From assembly GCA_030390025.1 (NCBI GenBank), contig JASTWF010000031.1, positions 3,596,001-3,660,000 of the forward strand: DNA of 64,000 nt, given 5' to 3'. The notes below the pieces were generated by a model, which saw only the letters and a program-made list of their open reading frames with translations, was not told the origin of the DNA and searched no databases. The translations under genes and the position numbers were made by a program. Of the stretch, positions 1 through 11,030 are shown piece after piece; the first letter of the stretch is position 1, and each line of letters opens with the position of its first letter. Source of the stretch: Squalus acanthias (Eukaryota).

Positions 1-449
1 AGCACCTTGCTGCACATCAGGGGGGCCATGAGGACCTGTATCTGCACTGGCAGTCCTACTCAAAAGGACTTCCATGAAGCACTGGTTTCTCTGCTCAATC
101 GCTCCTCCAGAGATGTCAGTCTATTCTGAACATTCACCATGTTTTCCAGACTCTGGTGACTTATTTCCTCCATGGCTGTAGCCATCCTCTCCTCTACCAT
201 TGCCAACCTTTCCAGAGAGGTAGCCATCCTTACCATGGAGGTAGCCATCATTTCCACGGAGGTTGTCATCCTTTCCGTGGTGGTGCGTTCATGCGCCATT
301 GCCTCCACAAAGGCACTGCGCATGTTAGAGTTGGACTCCTCCATCCTTCCACACTCGCAGTAACCCTGGAGACAAAACCTGCCAGAGACTCCTGCACTTG
401 TTCCTGGAGTTCCAGCACCGCTCTCTTTCTGGATGGACTCGGAGACACA

Positions 450-1325
450 GGGGGGAAAATTCAGTTGGTTGCGCCTCCCGTTAGTGCCTTAAGAGGGCGC
501 TAATGGGGTGCAAATCATCTAGCGCCCAGGCGTGGCGATGTTTGCGCCGCTCGCGAAATTAACTAGACACTTTGCAGCGGCGCTAAACACTACCGCCACG
601 ATCTCCTGCGCCGGCAGATCGTGACGTCAGTCGAGTGTGCAACGCCCCAGTATCGCCCCGGAGCGGATATTGAGTGGAGCCCCCTGCCTTACCGCCTGAC
701 GCTAGCAACGACATGTTGAGGGGAGCCTTTTGCAGTCATGAAGGGACTGGGGGAGCGCTATTTAAAGGCGACCGCTTCCTGCCTTTTATTGTTGGTGCCA
801 TTTTTGAACCACGCATTCTGAGAGAGAGGGAGAGAGTCTTCTGGAGAGATTCAACGCTGTGTGAAGGAGTTTTAGGTACTGAGCAGCACTTTACAGGTTC
901 ATTTTGATTTGCCATTCCTTGTATCGATTTAGAAGAGATTGTGGGGGCTGCACTCTGAGCTCTTTCCTTGGTACTCTCCATTGTTCTTTCCAGCAGATTT
1001 GATGTGCAGGTCTCTCCAGGCCGAGATTCAAGGCTGCAATGAGCAGGATGTGGATGGAAAGCAAGATCAACCATCCCCTTTAAGAACTGGCCCGTGCCAT
1101 TGTGTGTGTGTTCCATTGCTGACTGACATCACATGAGCTTCGCCAGCGCTCTGAGGTAGCGCCTCGCTCCCAGGCCTTTGCGCCTTAAGACAGGTGTGAA
1201 GCGCCTGATTTAGTGCTCCAATCACCTCCAGGGGCGATAAAAGTCAAGTTTGCAGTCGGTGGCGATAATCTTTGCGCCCGGCCAATAATTGCGCCCCAAA
1301 TTGGGCGATACTGAATTTCTCCCCC
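450..1325. mobile_element. Harbinger-like MITE, family A copy 1
   Basis: TIRs GGGGGGAAAATTCAG / CTGAATTTCTCCCCC with 3-bp TSD ACA (447-449, 1326-1328). Splits the Myb exon. Confidence 0.85.
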
Positions 1326-1653
1326 ACAGGGTCCACATGCAGCTGAGCATAGCTGGGAGTGCCCTGCGGCCTCCGACGAGGACTCTCCACTGTTGTCCCT
1401 GTCTCCACCATCTGCTGTTGCTCACTTGTGAGCTGTGATACACCAGGTGAGAACACTACTCTATCTCCCGAAGGTCTTACCGATGTGTGCGTATCTGCGC
1501 TGGTGCTAGGTCCGCTTAATTCTGCTGACACTGCGCCCTCAGAGGTTGCAGGTTCCACTGAGGAGTCTTCATGCTCAGGCTCTTCCTCCTGGACAGTGGG
1601 GAGGGGGGCTGTTGATGGTCCTATGGGGGAGTAAAGGCATGAGTTAGACATAT

Positions 1654-2401
1654 GGGGGTAAAAATTCAGTTGGTTGCGCCTCCCGTTAGCGCCTTAAGAG
1701 GGCGCTAATGGGGCGCAAAGCCGCTAACGCCCGGGCGCAGCGATGTTTGCGCCGCTCGGGAACTTAACTAGACATTGTGCGGCGGCGCTAAACTTTACCG
1801 CTGCGACCACCTGCGCGCACAGATTGTGACGTCATTCCATGGTGCAACGCCCTTGTGGCGCCCCGGAGCGGAAATTGAGTGGCGCCCCCTGCCTTACCGC
1901 CTGGCGAATCCAACGACCGGAAGACTGGAACGCTATCAATCGCTGTGGGGCTGGGGGGGGGCGCTATTTAAAGGGGGCCTCTTCCTGTCTTTTTCTGTGG
2001 TTGACATTTTTGCACCACTCGTTCTGAGAGAGAGAGAGAGATTCGGAGAGAGAGAAAGAGAGACTTCTGCATTGAGTCAACGCTTTGTGAGGTAGTTTTG
2101 CCTACTGATCCTAACAGTTGGCCCCCCCCCCCGCTTTAAGAACTGGCCTGGCGCCAGTGTGTCTGTGTTCCCTCGCTAACTGGCAGCACCTGCGCTGCGC
2201 TCGCGCGCTGAGTTAGCGCCTCACTGCTCGGCCTTTGCGCCTTAAGACAGGTGTGCAGCGCCTGATTTAGCGCTCCACTCACCTCCCGGGGCGGTAAAAG
2301 TGAAGTTTCCAGTCAGTGGCGATAATTAGCGCCAGGCACTAATATTTGCGTCCAGACGATATTTGCGCCCCAAACGGGGCGCGACCTAATTTTTCCCCCC
2401 C
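1654..2401. mobile_element. Harbinger-like MITE, family A copy 2
   Basis: Colinear with 450-1325 in the same orientation (GGGGGTAAAAATTCAGTTGGTTGCGCCTCCCGTTAG ... AATTTTTCCCCCC). Lies in the Myb intron; TSD imperfect (TAT/GAT). Confidence 0.8.
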
Positions 2402-3849
2402 GATATTAACGCAGCATGTGCAGATGATCATAAGTCATTCTGTATGCGCATCAGAAGCCATATCAGTCACTCATGCAATGTCATTGAGAGAGATGCAAAA
2501 CAATTCTGTCACCAGCTTGCTCTGAGGCGCCCGTCTGTCCGTCCCCCACTTCCAGATCCTCCTCGGCTCCAACGATCTCTAGGGCCGCCTCCTCAGTGCT
2601 TGTGAGATGGGCTATTGAGGGTGGCCCTCCTCCTGTCTTCGCCCTTTCCCTCTTATTGTGGGCTCTCTTTTCCTGCAATGAGGGACACAAGTGGAGTTTC
2701 AGTGATCATGATGGAGTGAGTGTAGAGAATCCATAGCATAGATGCTTAGAAGGAGGCAAAGATGGAGTGAGGTACCAAGACCAAGGGCCCTCCCTGTGTG
2801 TTGTTAGTTGTTGTCATTGCATCACAGCGATAGGGAGTGTGAGGGCAGCATAGTCGAATAGTGAAGTGATTGTGTACATAGAGAGAGAGGGATGTTTAAG
2901 GGTGCAAGGGATGTAAGGGTAAAGTGGGATGTGTAGGAGTAGGTTGCCAATGCAGAGTGCTGGTGCTGAGAGGAGATGGGAGCAGAATGAGGGTAAAGGT
3001 GATGGTCTACTCACTTTTCCTGTGTGGACAAGGTCATTGAACCTCTTTCAGCACTGCAGCCAGGCTCTGCTGCACAACGATCTGGAGCTCACCTCATGAG
3101 CCAGTTGCAGCCACACAGCTATGGTCTGCTGGGGAGGTTTTATCCTCCCAGAGGAAGGAAAGGGCACCTCCTTTTGAACTCTGGCTCCCTCCATCAGAGC
3201 ATGGAGGGAGTCATCATCGAATCGTGGTGAGGCTTTGGCCCTTGAGCTCAACATTTCAGCAGTAGCAAAGACTTCAAGCAGGTGTAACTGTGGAAGGACA
3301 TAGGAATAAAATGAACTAAAGCTGCTTGCAGGCCTTAAATGCAGCTGGAGAAATGACATCACCAGAGGCGAGTTTCAGTCCCAAAAGACTAATTGGGCCA
3401 GGGGAGCGCACACACAGGGAATCAATTGCCCAATTAGGGCAAAAATCGCAATTTTTTCCCCGCCCGACAGCGGAGGCGGGATCGGGACCCGCCGACCACC
3501 TGACCCGCACCCAACCCGCCACCAATGGCAAAATCGAGCCCCAAGTCTTTTATAATAAAACTCTATTTATGATTGCACACATCTTAAGAGCGTTTTTGGA
3601 GTTTCAAAGCTGATTTTTGAACAAAGCAATCTTAACAAAAAGGAACCTGTCATATATCATTCTGTGTCATTGCACCATACATATAGACACATGCCTATGT
3701 AGAATCCTAATTCAAGCAAACTGCAATTTTCAGTAACTGTTAGCTGCAATTTAGCTGATAGTGTCCTGCAGGCAAATTCTGCAGTGTGCATGTATTGTGC
3801 AGGCTCCTGCGATATCCCTTTGTTGTGCCGCCAGAGTGTTTCGGAAGGT

Positions 3850-4393
3850 GTCTATGCTCACTTGTCTCATGTTACAAGACGGTCGTATTTTCAAAACTAT
3901 CTGATCCATGGTAGCAATTAAAAAGGAACACACTCCCATTGATTACAGAGGGTCTGTATCACTGCCTTTCAACCAAACAATTTGAGACTTTACATTGGAA
4001 GGGGGAACTGGTGGGAAATCAAGAATGAAAGAACAATTCGTTCCAAGCCTAGACATTAAGAGCACTTTGCACAGAACTAAAAGGCCCCCAGTTCAAGTCT
4101 CCGAGCTGACGAGCAGTCCAACTCACTTTCCTCAGTTGGGCAAATCAGTCACTCTCAGATAGGCTCCTGGGTGGAGTTGACAGGCAATTGTGTGGTGATG
4201 CAGAAGTGAGGTGTTGTAGAGTGTATTAATTGTAGAGTGTAATTCCAATGTAAAGTCTCAAATTGTTTGGTTAAAAGGCAGTGATACAGACCCTCTGTAA
4301 TCAATGGGAATGTGTTCCTTTTTAATTGCTACCATGGATCAGATAGTTTTGAAAATACTACCGTCTTGTAACATGAGACAAGTGAGCATAGAC
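3850..4393. repeat. 151-bp inverted duplication (3850-4000 / 4243-4393)
   Basis: Direct reverse-complement match with 3 mismatches. Confidence 0.95.
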
Positions 4394-4543
4394 GCGAGGT
4401 TTCAGATCGATATTCAAGTGGTCTTTATTACGCCGGCGGGGAGCCAGTCTCTCACCAACAGACTTCTCCAACTTGTTACAGTGTATACAGCATTTTTATA
4501 CTTTAAAATACCTCATGGTGACCTAATTGACTTACGGATGATG
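4212..4543 (-). repeat. 3' LTR, rearranged and truncated
   Basis: 4212-4242 matches the LTR end TGTTGCAGAGTGTAA with a partial duplication. 4391-4524 matches 6882-7015 with 3 mismatches. 4525-4543 matches ~7090-7108. Interrupted by 4243-4393. Confidence 0.85.
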
Positions 4544-4955
4544 TTCCCTTATTTCTCTCCTGAGCCCCTTTAGTTGGTGGTCTAATGTTTGTACATAAGT
4601 CCTAATTTTGTCCCTTATTGGTCCTAATTCCTCACTCCCAGAGGCCACACCTTCGGGTAGCTGCATTGCACGTCCGGTCATAAGTTCATATGGTGTTAAC
4701 CCGGTCATTCTACTAGGAGTTGCCCTTAACCGCATTAGGATACACGGGAGGACATCTACCCACCCTTGTCCGGTCTCGGCTATTGCCTTTGCTAGAGCCG
4801 TCTTTATGGTCCGGTTCATCCGTTCCACCATTCCTGAGCTCTGCGGGTGATAGGGTATGTGGAACTTCTGCCTTATTCCTCATAACCTACATGCCTCCTT
4901 CATAACCTTTCCTGTGAAGTGTGTCCCTTGGTCTGAGTCGATCTGTAACGGGACC
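4532..4955 (-). pseudogene. pol: Integrase catalytic core fragment
   Basis: PLQIDSDQGTHFTGKVMKEAC...FHIPYHPQSSGMVERMNRTIKTALAK...WVDVLPCILMRLRATPSRMTGLTPYELMTGRAM contains the second D and the E of the DDE triad. Confidence 0.92.
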
Positions 4956-6250
4956 CCCCTTTAATTAGTCTTTGTATAGGCTCTGCCTTTTCTGCGAAGT
5001 CTGACATAAAATTTCTACAATAGTTAAACAATCCTATGACCTTCCTGACTCCCCTAACGGTGAGTGGCCTTGGCATAGTTTGTATGGCCATTTTCCAGTC
5101 CTCAGGGAGGGCCTTGTATCCTTGGCTGATCTCGTGTCCCAGGTACTTGACCCGGGACATCCCAACTTGTGCTTTCTTGGGGTTTATCTTAAATCCTGCC
5201 AGTTTGAGGGCTTGTAGAGTGGTGAGCAAGGCCCCCATATGCCCCTTCTTATCTTCCGATGCTATCATTATATCATCCACATACTGAAGGAGGGTACTTC
5301 AGTACTTAGTCAAGTCGAGGTCCTCCAGGGCCCTACTCATTACCCTGGTGGAATATATTTGGGCTATTGTGAAATACCTGTGGGACTCTGGTCCACGTAT
5401 ATTGTTTCTCCCCAACAGTAAAAGCAAATTTATTCTGTGACTCTTCTGCTAGTGGGATGGACCAAAATCCATTTGCTATATCCAGGACGGTGAATATTTC
5501 ATATGCTGGCTTTAAACCATTAAATATCATTGAGGGGCTCGCCACAATCGGGTGCTCTCGTGGGGTGACCCTATTTAATGCAATGTAGTCTATTGTCAAC
5601 CTGGAGGACCCGTCGGGTTTTCCCACCGGCCATATTGGTGAATTGGTAGTGGTAGTACCCCTTGTTTTACCAGATCTATTACTATCGTATTCACCGCTTC
5701 CTTCGCTGCCGGTCGCATTGGGTATTGTCTGTGGGCCTTGTGCTCCGGTCCTGATACAACGACTGAGTCGGTAATGACCAACCCGCAGTCCTGTTTGACA
5801 TAAGGTTCCCCATATCCCGTCTCGCGACCAGTCCCTCTCTAGTGGTTTTATACTTCCGATTTTTGCCATGTAATTTGCAACGGTTTTAGTCTCATATTTC
5901 TTGTCTGTCCTTCGCTTTTGCACTACTGTCTTATTCCGTACATCGATTACTAGGTTCAACTCGCTGAGTATGTCCACCCCATGGATTGTTCCTTCTGGAT
6001 TTTCACATACCCATAACTGTACAGGGAGGAATATTCCTCCCAGTTCTAGTAATTGCGTTTCACTTTTGTAGGCGCGCATGTGTTTCCCGCCCACTCCCTC
6101 TATTAGTATGGAGGTTTTGGTACATGGGAGGTCCAAATTGGTTATAGACACCGCTGCCCCTGTGAGGACTAACATATCACACTGCCGGCCCCCTAACAGT
6201 GCAGTCAGATACATTCGGGGATCGGTGCCATTTCCGGGGGCCGATGCTAC
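4956..6250 (-). pseudogene. pol: Protease and reverse transcriptase, frameshifted; RNase H deleted
   Basis: MLVLTGAAVSI (DTG motif mutated); RQYP; NSPIWPVGKPDGSSRLTIDY; FTVLDIANGFWSIPL; YTWTRVPQVFHNSP; QYVDDIMIAS; VKYLGH; VRKVIGLFNYCRNF. Confidence 0.93.
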
Positions 6251-6736
6251 CTAGCATTTTTGTGACAAATTTTTTATGATTTCGATCAATTGGTCCTTGT
6301 TCAGATCTCCCACTTCTGTTGCCTGCTCACTACAGGTATTTCCCTGTTGCTTGGGGCCTTTACCCGCTTTTCCCCCGCCCGGTGCCCAACAGTCCCGCTG
6401 TTCATGTCCCGGTTTGTTGCAGTTCCTGCACTTTCTCCGGGTGTCTCTCCTGGGCTGTGTGCATTCGTTACGCCTATCATTTTTAAGCAATTTTTCAATT
6501 AACCGTTTGTTTTTTCCTGCTAGGTACCGTGTGAGGGACCCTTCTGGCCCCCAATCGAGCTCGTCCTTTTTACCGTTTAGTTATTGTCAGCGGTATGCCT
6601 GTTACCGTACTTCCTCCCGAAGTCAGCGCACTACTTGCAACTTATACCACGCCAAATGTTCCGCGTGTTTCGCCCAGACCCCTTTCGACCACTTGACCTA
6701 CCGATCTCAACCTTCAGGTTTCTTTTTGTTCTCCAT
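6251..6736 (-). pseudogene. gag: gag remnant with one CCHC zinc knuckle
   Basis: CRNCNKPGHEQRDCW (C-X2-C-X4-H-X4-C). Likely start ATG at 6736 (MENKKKPEG). Several stops; most of the capsid region is missing. Ends in TAG at 6251-6253. Confidence 0.85.
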
Positions 6737-6834
6737 GGAAGATACTGCCTCGCCCTAACTAGACGTGGTAATTTAAATGTACTCACGTTCCTTTGGCTTG
6801 GCTGTATTCATCCGTGTCTCCCGTCTGGTAGAGA

Positions 6835-6852
6835 ATCCTGCCGACTATGCCA
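6835..6852 (-). promoter_or_regulatory. Primer binding site, tRNA-Ser
   Basis: Minus strand TGGCATAGTCGGCAGGAT, 2 nt after the LTR. Matches 17/18 to the complement of the vertebrate tRNA-Ser 3' end (ATCCTGCCGACTACGCCA). Confidence 0.88.
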
Positions 6853-6854
6853 AT

Positions 6855-7249
6855 TGTTGCAGAGTGTAATAACCGACACTCGACGTGAGGTTTCAGATCG
6901 ATATTCAAGTGGTCTTTATTACGCCGGCGGGGAGCCAGTCTCTCACCAACAGACTTCTCCAACTTGTTACAGTGTATACAGCATTTTTATACTTTCAAAT
7001 ACCTCATGGCGACCTTGTGACTTGTTACAATCTTATTGGACTTCTGCAGTTGCTTAATTGGATTGCAAGCTGCATGATTCAAAGTGGCCAATTGACTTAC
7101 AGATGATGCAATGCAGCATTTGGTTGATTTCATTAACTCTGGGTATAGCTGCTGATTTAAAGGTCAGTTTCGATCACATTACAAAACCTCGTCAAGATGT
7201 TTTCTGTTGCTGTCAGCAAATTTTTAACTTGAACTCTTTTCCCACTTCA
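6855..7249 (-). repeat. 5' LTR (395 bp)
   Basis: TGAAGTGGG...TGCAACA. Ordered CCAAT (7039-7035), TATAAAAA (6991-6984), AATAAA (6920-6915). Confidence 0.88.
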
Positions 7250-7714
7250 TGAGGTATTTGTCAAATTGGTATCAAATTTTGTCTGATAACACTCCTGTGA
7301 AGTGCCTTGGGATGTTTTACTACATTAAAGGTGCGATATAGATGCAAGTTTTTGTTGTTGAAGTGGAAGTTTCCCCAATCACCATTTACCACTTAATCAA
7401 CTCGACCAAAACAGAGGAAGAGAAATTGGGCCTCGCGTGCCCAATTTTTGGGCAAAATATTTGCATTGGAGGAAACTATTTTGGGTCATGATTTCTCGTT
7501 TCCAATATCCCCCAGAAGTTGCCACCTGCCAGATTGGATGTCGGCGACTTCCAAGTGCCCAGGGTATTAGGCACCTTGAATATCAAATCAAGGTCTTGCT
7601 GCTTGTTTGAGGACCCGACTCCAAATTCGTCATCAATTTGCTTTTCCAGGTTGACAATGGCTTAACTAGCGGTCCTTAAAAGGACCACTAGAGGTTGCCC
7701 TCAAAAAGGTAAGT

Positions 7715-8192
7715 AATCCTTAGAGCAGAGAGGGTTAACAGGATTTTTAATAGAGTTGCTCAAAATTAAGAGGGGTTTTGATAGAGTAGATAGGGAGAAA
7801 CTGTTTCCACTGGCAGCAGGGTCAGTAACCAGATGACATAGATTTAAGGTAATTGGCAAAAGGACCAGAGGGGAGATGAGGAGAATTTTTTTTACGCAGC
7901 GAGTTGTTGTGATCTGGAATGCACTGCCTGAAAAGGTGGTGGAAGCAGATTCAATAGTAACTTTCAAAAGGGAATTGGATAAATACGTGAAAAGGAAAAA
8001 TTTGCAGGGCTATGGGCAATGTTCCCTTTAAGCTGCGCAACCCCTTAAAAGGGCTGCGCACCCAAAAAAAAATGAGGGGGAACATTGGCTATGGGGAAAG
8101 AGCAGGGGGTGGGAGTAATTGGATCGCTCTTTCAAAGAGTCGGCACGGGTACGATCGGCCGAATGGCCTCTTTCTATGCTGTATGATTATGA
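7715..8192 (+). mobile_element. CR1 LINE 3' fragment
   Basis: Degenerate LIE..KI.RGFDRVDREKLFPLA.GSVTR.HRFKVIGKR...RRIFFTQRVVVIWNALP, then 3'UTR ...GGCCGAATGGCCT... Confidence 0.85.
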
Positions 8193-9689
8193 ACTTTTTT
8201 ACACTATTGTTTCCTCCTGGCTCCAAACAAATACGACAGGCAGTTGCTGGCTCGAGCGCGCCTCGGTCCAGTTCACCTCCCCCCCTCCCAGGTCTTACCC
8301 GTGGGTCGGCTTGGTGTCCGAGCCAGTCGAATTTCCCACGGCCCCGACTGGTGGGCTGAATTGGGAAGCTCGACTGGCATCCGCAGCTCACCGGTTCGAT
8401 GCCTACAATGCCCAGAACCCGATGTCTTCGGGTGGGCGTGCGTCCCAGGCGCGACGGCCAATTCACGCCGCTTTCTGGTGCCACACCCCAGAATAACTAG
8501 TCATTTATCTCACTTGATGTTTTTGTGCACAAATTGACTGCTGTGTTTGCTTAGTGAACAGTGACTACACTTCAACAATAATTCATTGGTTGTAAAGCAC
8601 TCGGGACATCCTGTGCACCTGAAAGCTGTTATTTAAATGCAAATCCTTCAGTCTCTTTTTGTCCTTTTCTCTCCCAGGATTTGAAATTCAATTCTTTTTA
8701 AGGGCATCGTGAAAATATTTCTGCCTTTCTGTTAAAACTACGATGAATATTGTTTTCGCTGATCCAAGTGTTTCAACAGGCACATCTCTTAAAATAAGAA
8801 CAAGGCGGCTTTTGGCACAACTGCACTTATAGACATAAATAAACGAAGGCATAAAGCCTTTAAATGAATACCTGGCATAGCTTGGTATCCAGAGCATTGT
8901 TGAACATCTGGAAAAATGATCCTAACAAACAAAATTACCTTTGTTCAACATACAGCAAGAGCTGACCACACACGTACACAACACTTTAGGAGCTGTGCCA
9001 GATCCACAGCCCTGCATATACCTGACACAGAAAAACAAACAGAATAATTAGGGAATTGTGGAGGTAATGATCAGGGATGGACAGTACAAGACCCAGTGGC
9101 ATTCTCAATACAATAGGCGTATTGATAGTAGCGTCATACGGGCCTCACTGTGGCTTGGCATAAATCCAATCCTTGGAAATCACAATAGAAAACATTTAAA
9201 TGCATAACTTCAGTAGTCTTTAAGCCTGTAAGCAATTCTATTGAAGAGGGTGTGGAGATGATGTTATGGTAGCAACTCAGAATATGCATAGTTGTAGAGT
9301 CATACCTAATTGAGACCCCAACCTTCTTGCCAAATGCTTACATTTGGCTCAGTTCAGATCACTTGTGGTTAATTTTATAAAACATATGAGTTCATGGATG
9401 TGAGACAGGAAACAAGTATTATTGTCTGTCCAACACTGCGCAATTACAGTTGTGCCAGATTTCTCAATGCAACTTTGTTAATTGAGAAAGCAAGGTGAAA
9501 GGCCAAGGCTCACAGTGTAGGACACCAGCAAGGTTCAAAAAAATAAAGCAGTGAATAGTTTTTAGATGACATAAAACTTGCGTTTTAAAAGCCTGAAAAT
9601 TGTAGGAGGAAGGATAGCCTGAAGGAGGTAAGAAGTTCCATAGTTTTGAGATCCCCTCATGAGCCTTTTTAAGAATGGGTTCTCTTCCC

Positions 9690-10035
9690 ACCCTTCCAAT
9701 ATCACCTCCAAAGCCCCAAGGATCCATTCTTAGGCTCCTCCTCTTCATTATCTAAATTCTGCCCCTTGGCAACGTGGGAAGAGTTTCCACGTGTATGGTG
9801 ATGACACCTAACTCTACCGATCCATCGTCTCTCTCAACCCCTCCATTGTTTCTGGGCTATTTGACTGGTTGTCCGACATCCAGTCTTGGATGAGCTGCCT
9901 GATTCTCCAGCTAAACACTGAGAAGACCAAAGCCATTGTCTATGGCCCCTGCCACAAAATTCTTACCCTTACCACTGAATCCATTCCCCTTCCTTGCCAC
10001 TGTCTGAGGCGGAAACAGACCGCTCACATCCTCGG
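9690..10035 (+). mobile_element. L2 LINE reverse transcriptase fragment
   Basis: PQGSIL.LLLFII; FHVYGDDT*LY; LSDIQSWMS...LQLNTEKTKAIV. Confidence 0.8.
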
Positions 10036-10580
10036 CCTCTTATTTGGCCCCCTGTTGTGAATAGGGAGCACGTTTCACACTGGCAGCTCACCAAATTCAT
10101 TTAAATTAGGCCCAACTGTAAATTGGACACAGGATCCACCGACTGCTTTGAGTGGCCTCACCCACCACCTGCCTGATAAGTGCTCCACCCGAGCTTTTTT
10201 AAAATTTAACCTTGAAAGTTTAGAAAGTCAGCTTTGCTTCACACCAGCTGCAGTTTCCGCAGGGGGTGAAATTGAGAAACGGTGCGAGACTGTCTCCTCC
10301 AGGTGCTTTCACGCCTGACACAAAATGGTGAAGTGATGCGAGTCGCCTGCATTTACACAGCTCACCTTGTGCTGCTCCGTCATTAGAGGCTCAATGTAAT
10401 CGTTCCGTTTTACACAAGCTCTATTAACTCTGGATTCTTTTTCTAGAACCCTTTAAAAAAGGAAAAAAATGTCATCTCCCCAAATGTCTAGACTCTGCTA
10501 CAGGGTGTTTTCTCTTCATTAGGGTAATATTAAAAATAATTTATAAAATCTTTTCCACCTGACCTGCCCTTCACCATTAC

Positions 10581-11030
10581 AAGAAGAAGAAGAACTTGCC
10601 TTTCAAGATGTCTCAAAGCGCTTTACAGCCAATGAAGTACTTTTGAAGTTTAGTCACTGTTGTATTGTAGGAAACGCAGCAGCCAATTTGCGCACAGCAA
10701 GGTCCCACAAACAGCAATGTGATAATGACCAGATAATCTGTTTTTTTAGTGATGTTGGTTGAGGGATAAATATTGGCCTGGACACCAGGGAGAATTTTCC
10801 TGCTCTTCTTTAAAATAGTACCATGGGATCTTTTATGTCCACCTGAGACGGCAGATGGGGCCTGGGTTTAACGTCTCATCCGAAAGACGTTGCCTCCGAC
10901 AGTGCAGCACTCCCTCAGTACTGCACTGAAGTGTCAGCCTAGATCATACATTCAAGTCTCTGGAGAGGGACTTGAACCCACAACTTTCTGACTCAGAGGC
11001 AAGAGCGCTTTCACTGAGCCACTGCTGAAA
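10581..11030 (-). mobile_element. Deu-domain SINE (SacSINE1/AmnSINE1-like), near full length
   Basis: tRNA-like head (GTGGCTCAGTG..., GGTTCAAGTCCC), Deu core TCGGATGAGACGTTAAACC...AAAAGATCCCATGG...GAAGAGCAGG, L2-type tail and (TTC)n end. Confidence 0.85.

Larger units (their letters stand above)
60..3254 (-). pseudogene. Harbinger Myb/SANT-like (MSANTD-type) DNA-binding protein gene, 3 exons, disrupted
   Basis: Exon 3254-3015 MLSSRAKASPRFDDDSLHALMEG...W...RAWLQC*KRFNDLVHTGK|GTGAGT. Exon 2672-2513 EKRAHNKRERAKTGGGPP...EEAAL|GT. Exon 1620-1326 plus 446-60, rejoined in frame as HVDPV/SPSPSRKR once the MITE is removed. Premature TGA at 3048-3050 and a frameshift near 345. Confidence 0.8.
1..3542 (-). 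mobile_element. PIF/Harbinger-type DNA transposon (one end; continues beyond window start)
   Basis: Terminus ...GGCAAAATCGAGCCC at ~3527-3541 resembles the GGGCTGGA(A/T)TTT termini of other MITE copies here. It carries a spliced Myb/SANT-like gene. 3326-3530 is homologous (reverse complement) to the left part of the MITE at 43479. Confidence 0.75.
4212..7249 (-). mobile_element. Internally deleted endogenous retrovirus-like LTR element
   Basis: TG...CA termini, 5-bp TSD TGAGG (4207-4211, 7250-7254), two LTR copies, PBS, and gag-pro-RT-IN order. Confidence 0.92.

Noticed and set aside
6600-6720. Clustered stops in gag as APOBEC-type hypermutation
   Set aside because: Too few sites and no consensus for comparison; CpG decay and frameshifts explain them equally well.
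6276-7057. 157-160 aa + strand ORFs over gag and the LTR
   Set aside because: Antisense shadows of the retroviral sequence with non-ATG starts; no independent support.
10960-11030. tRNA gene
   Set aside because: A/B-box-like head of a SINE, not a complete cloverleaf.
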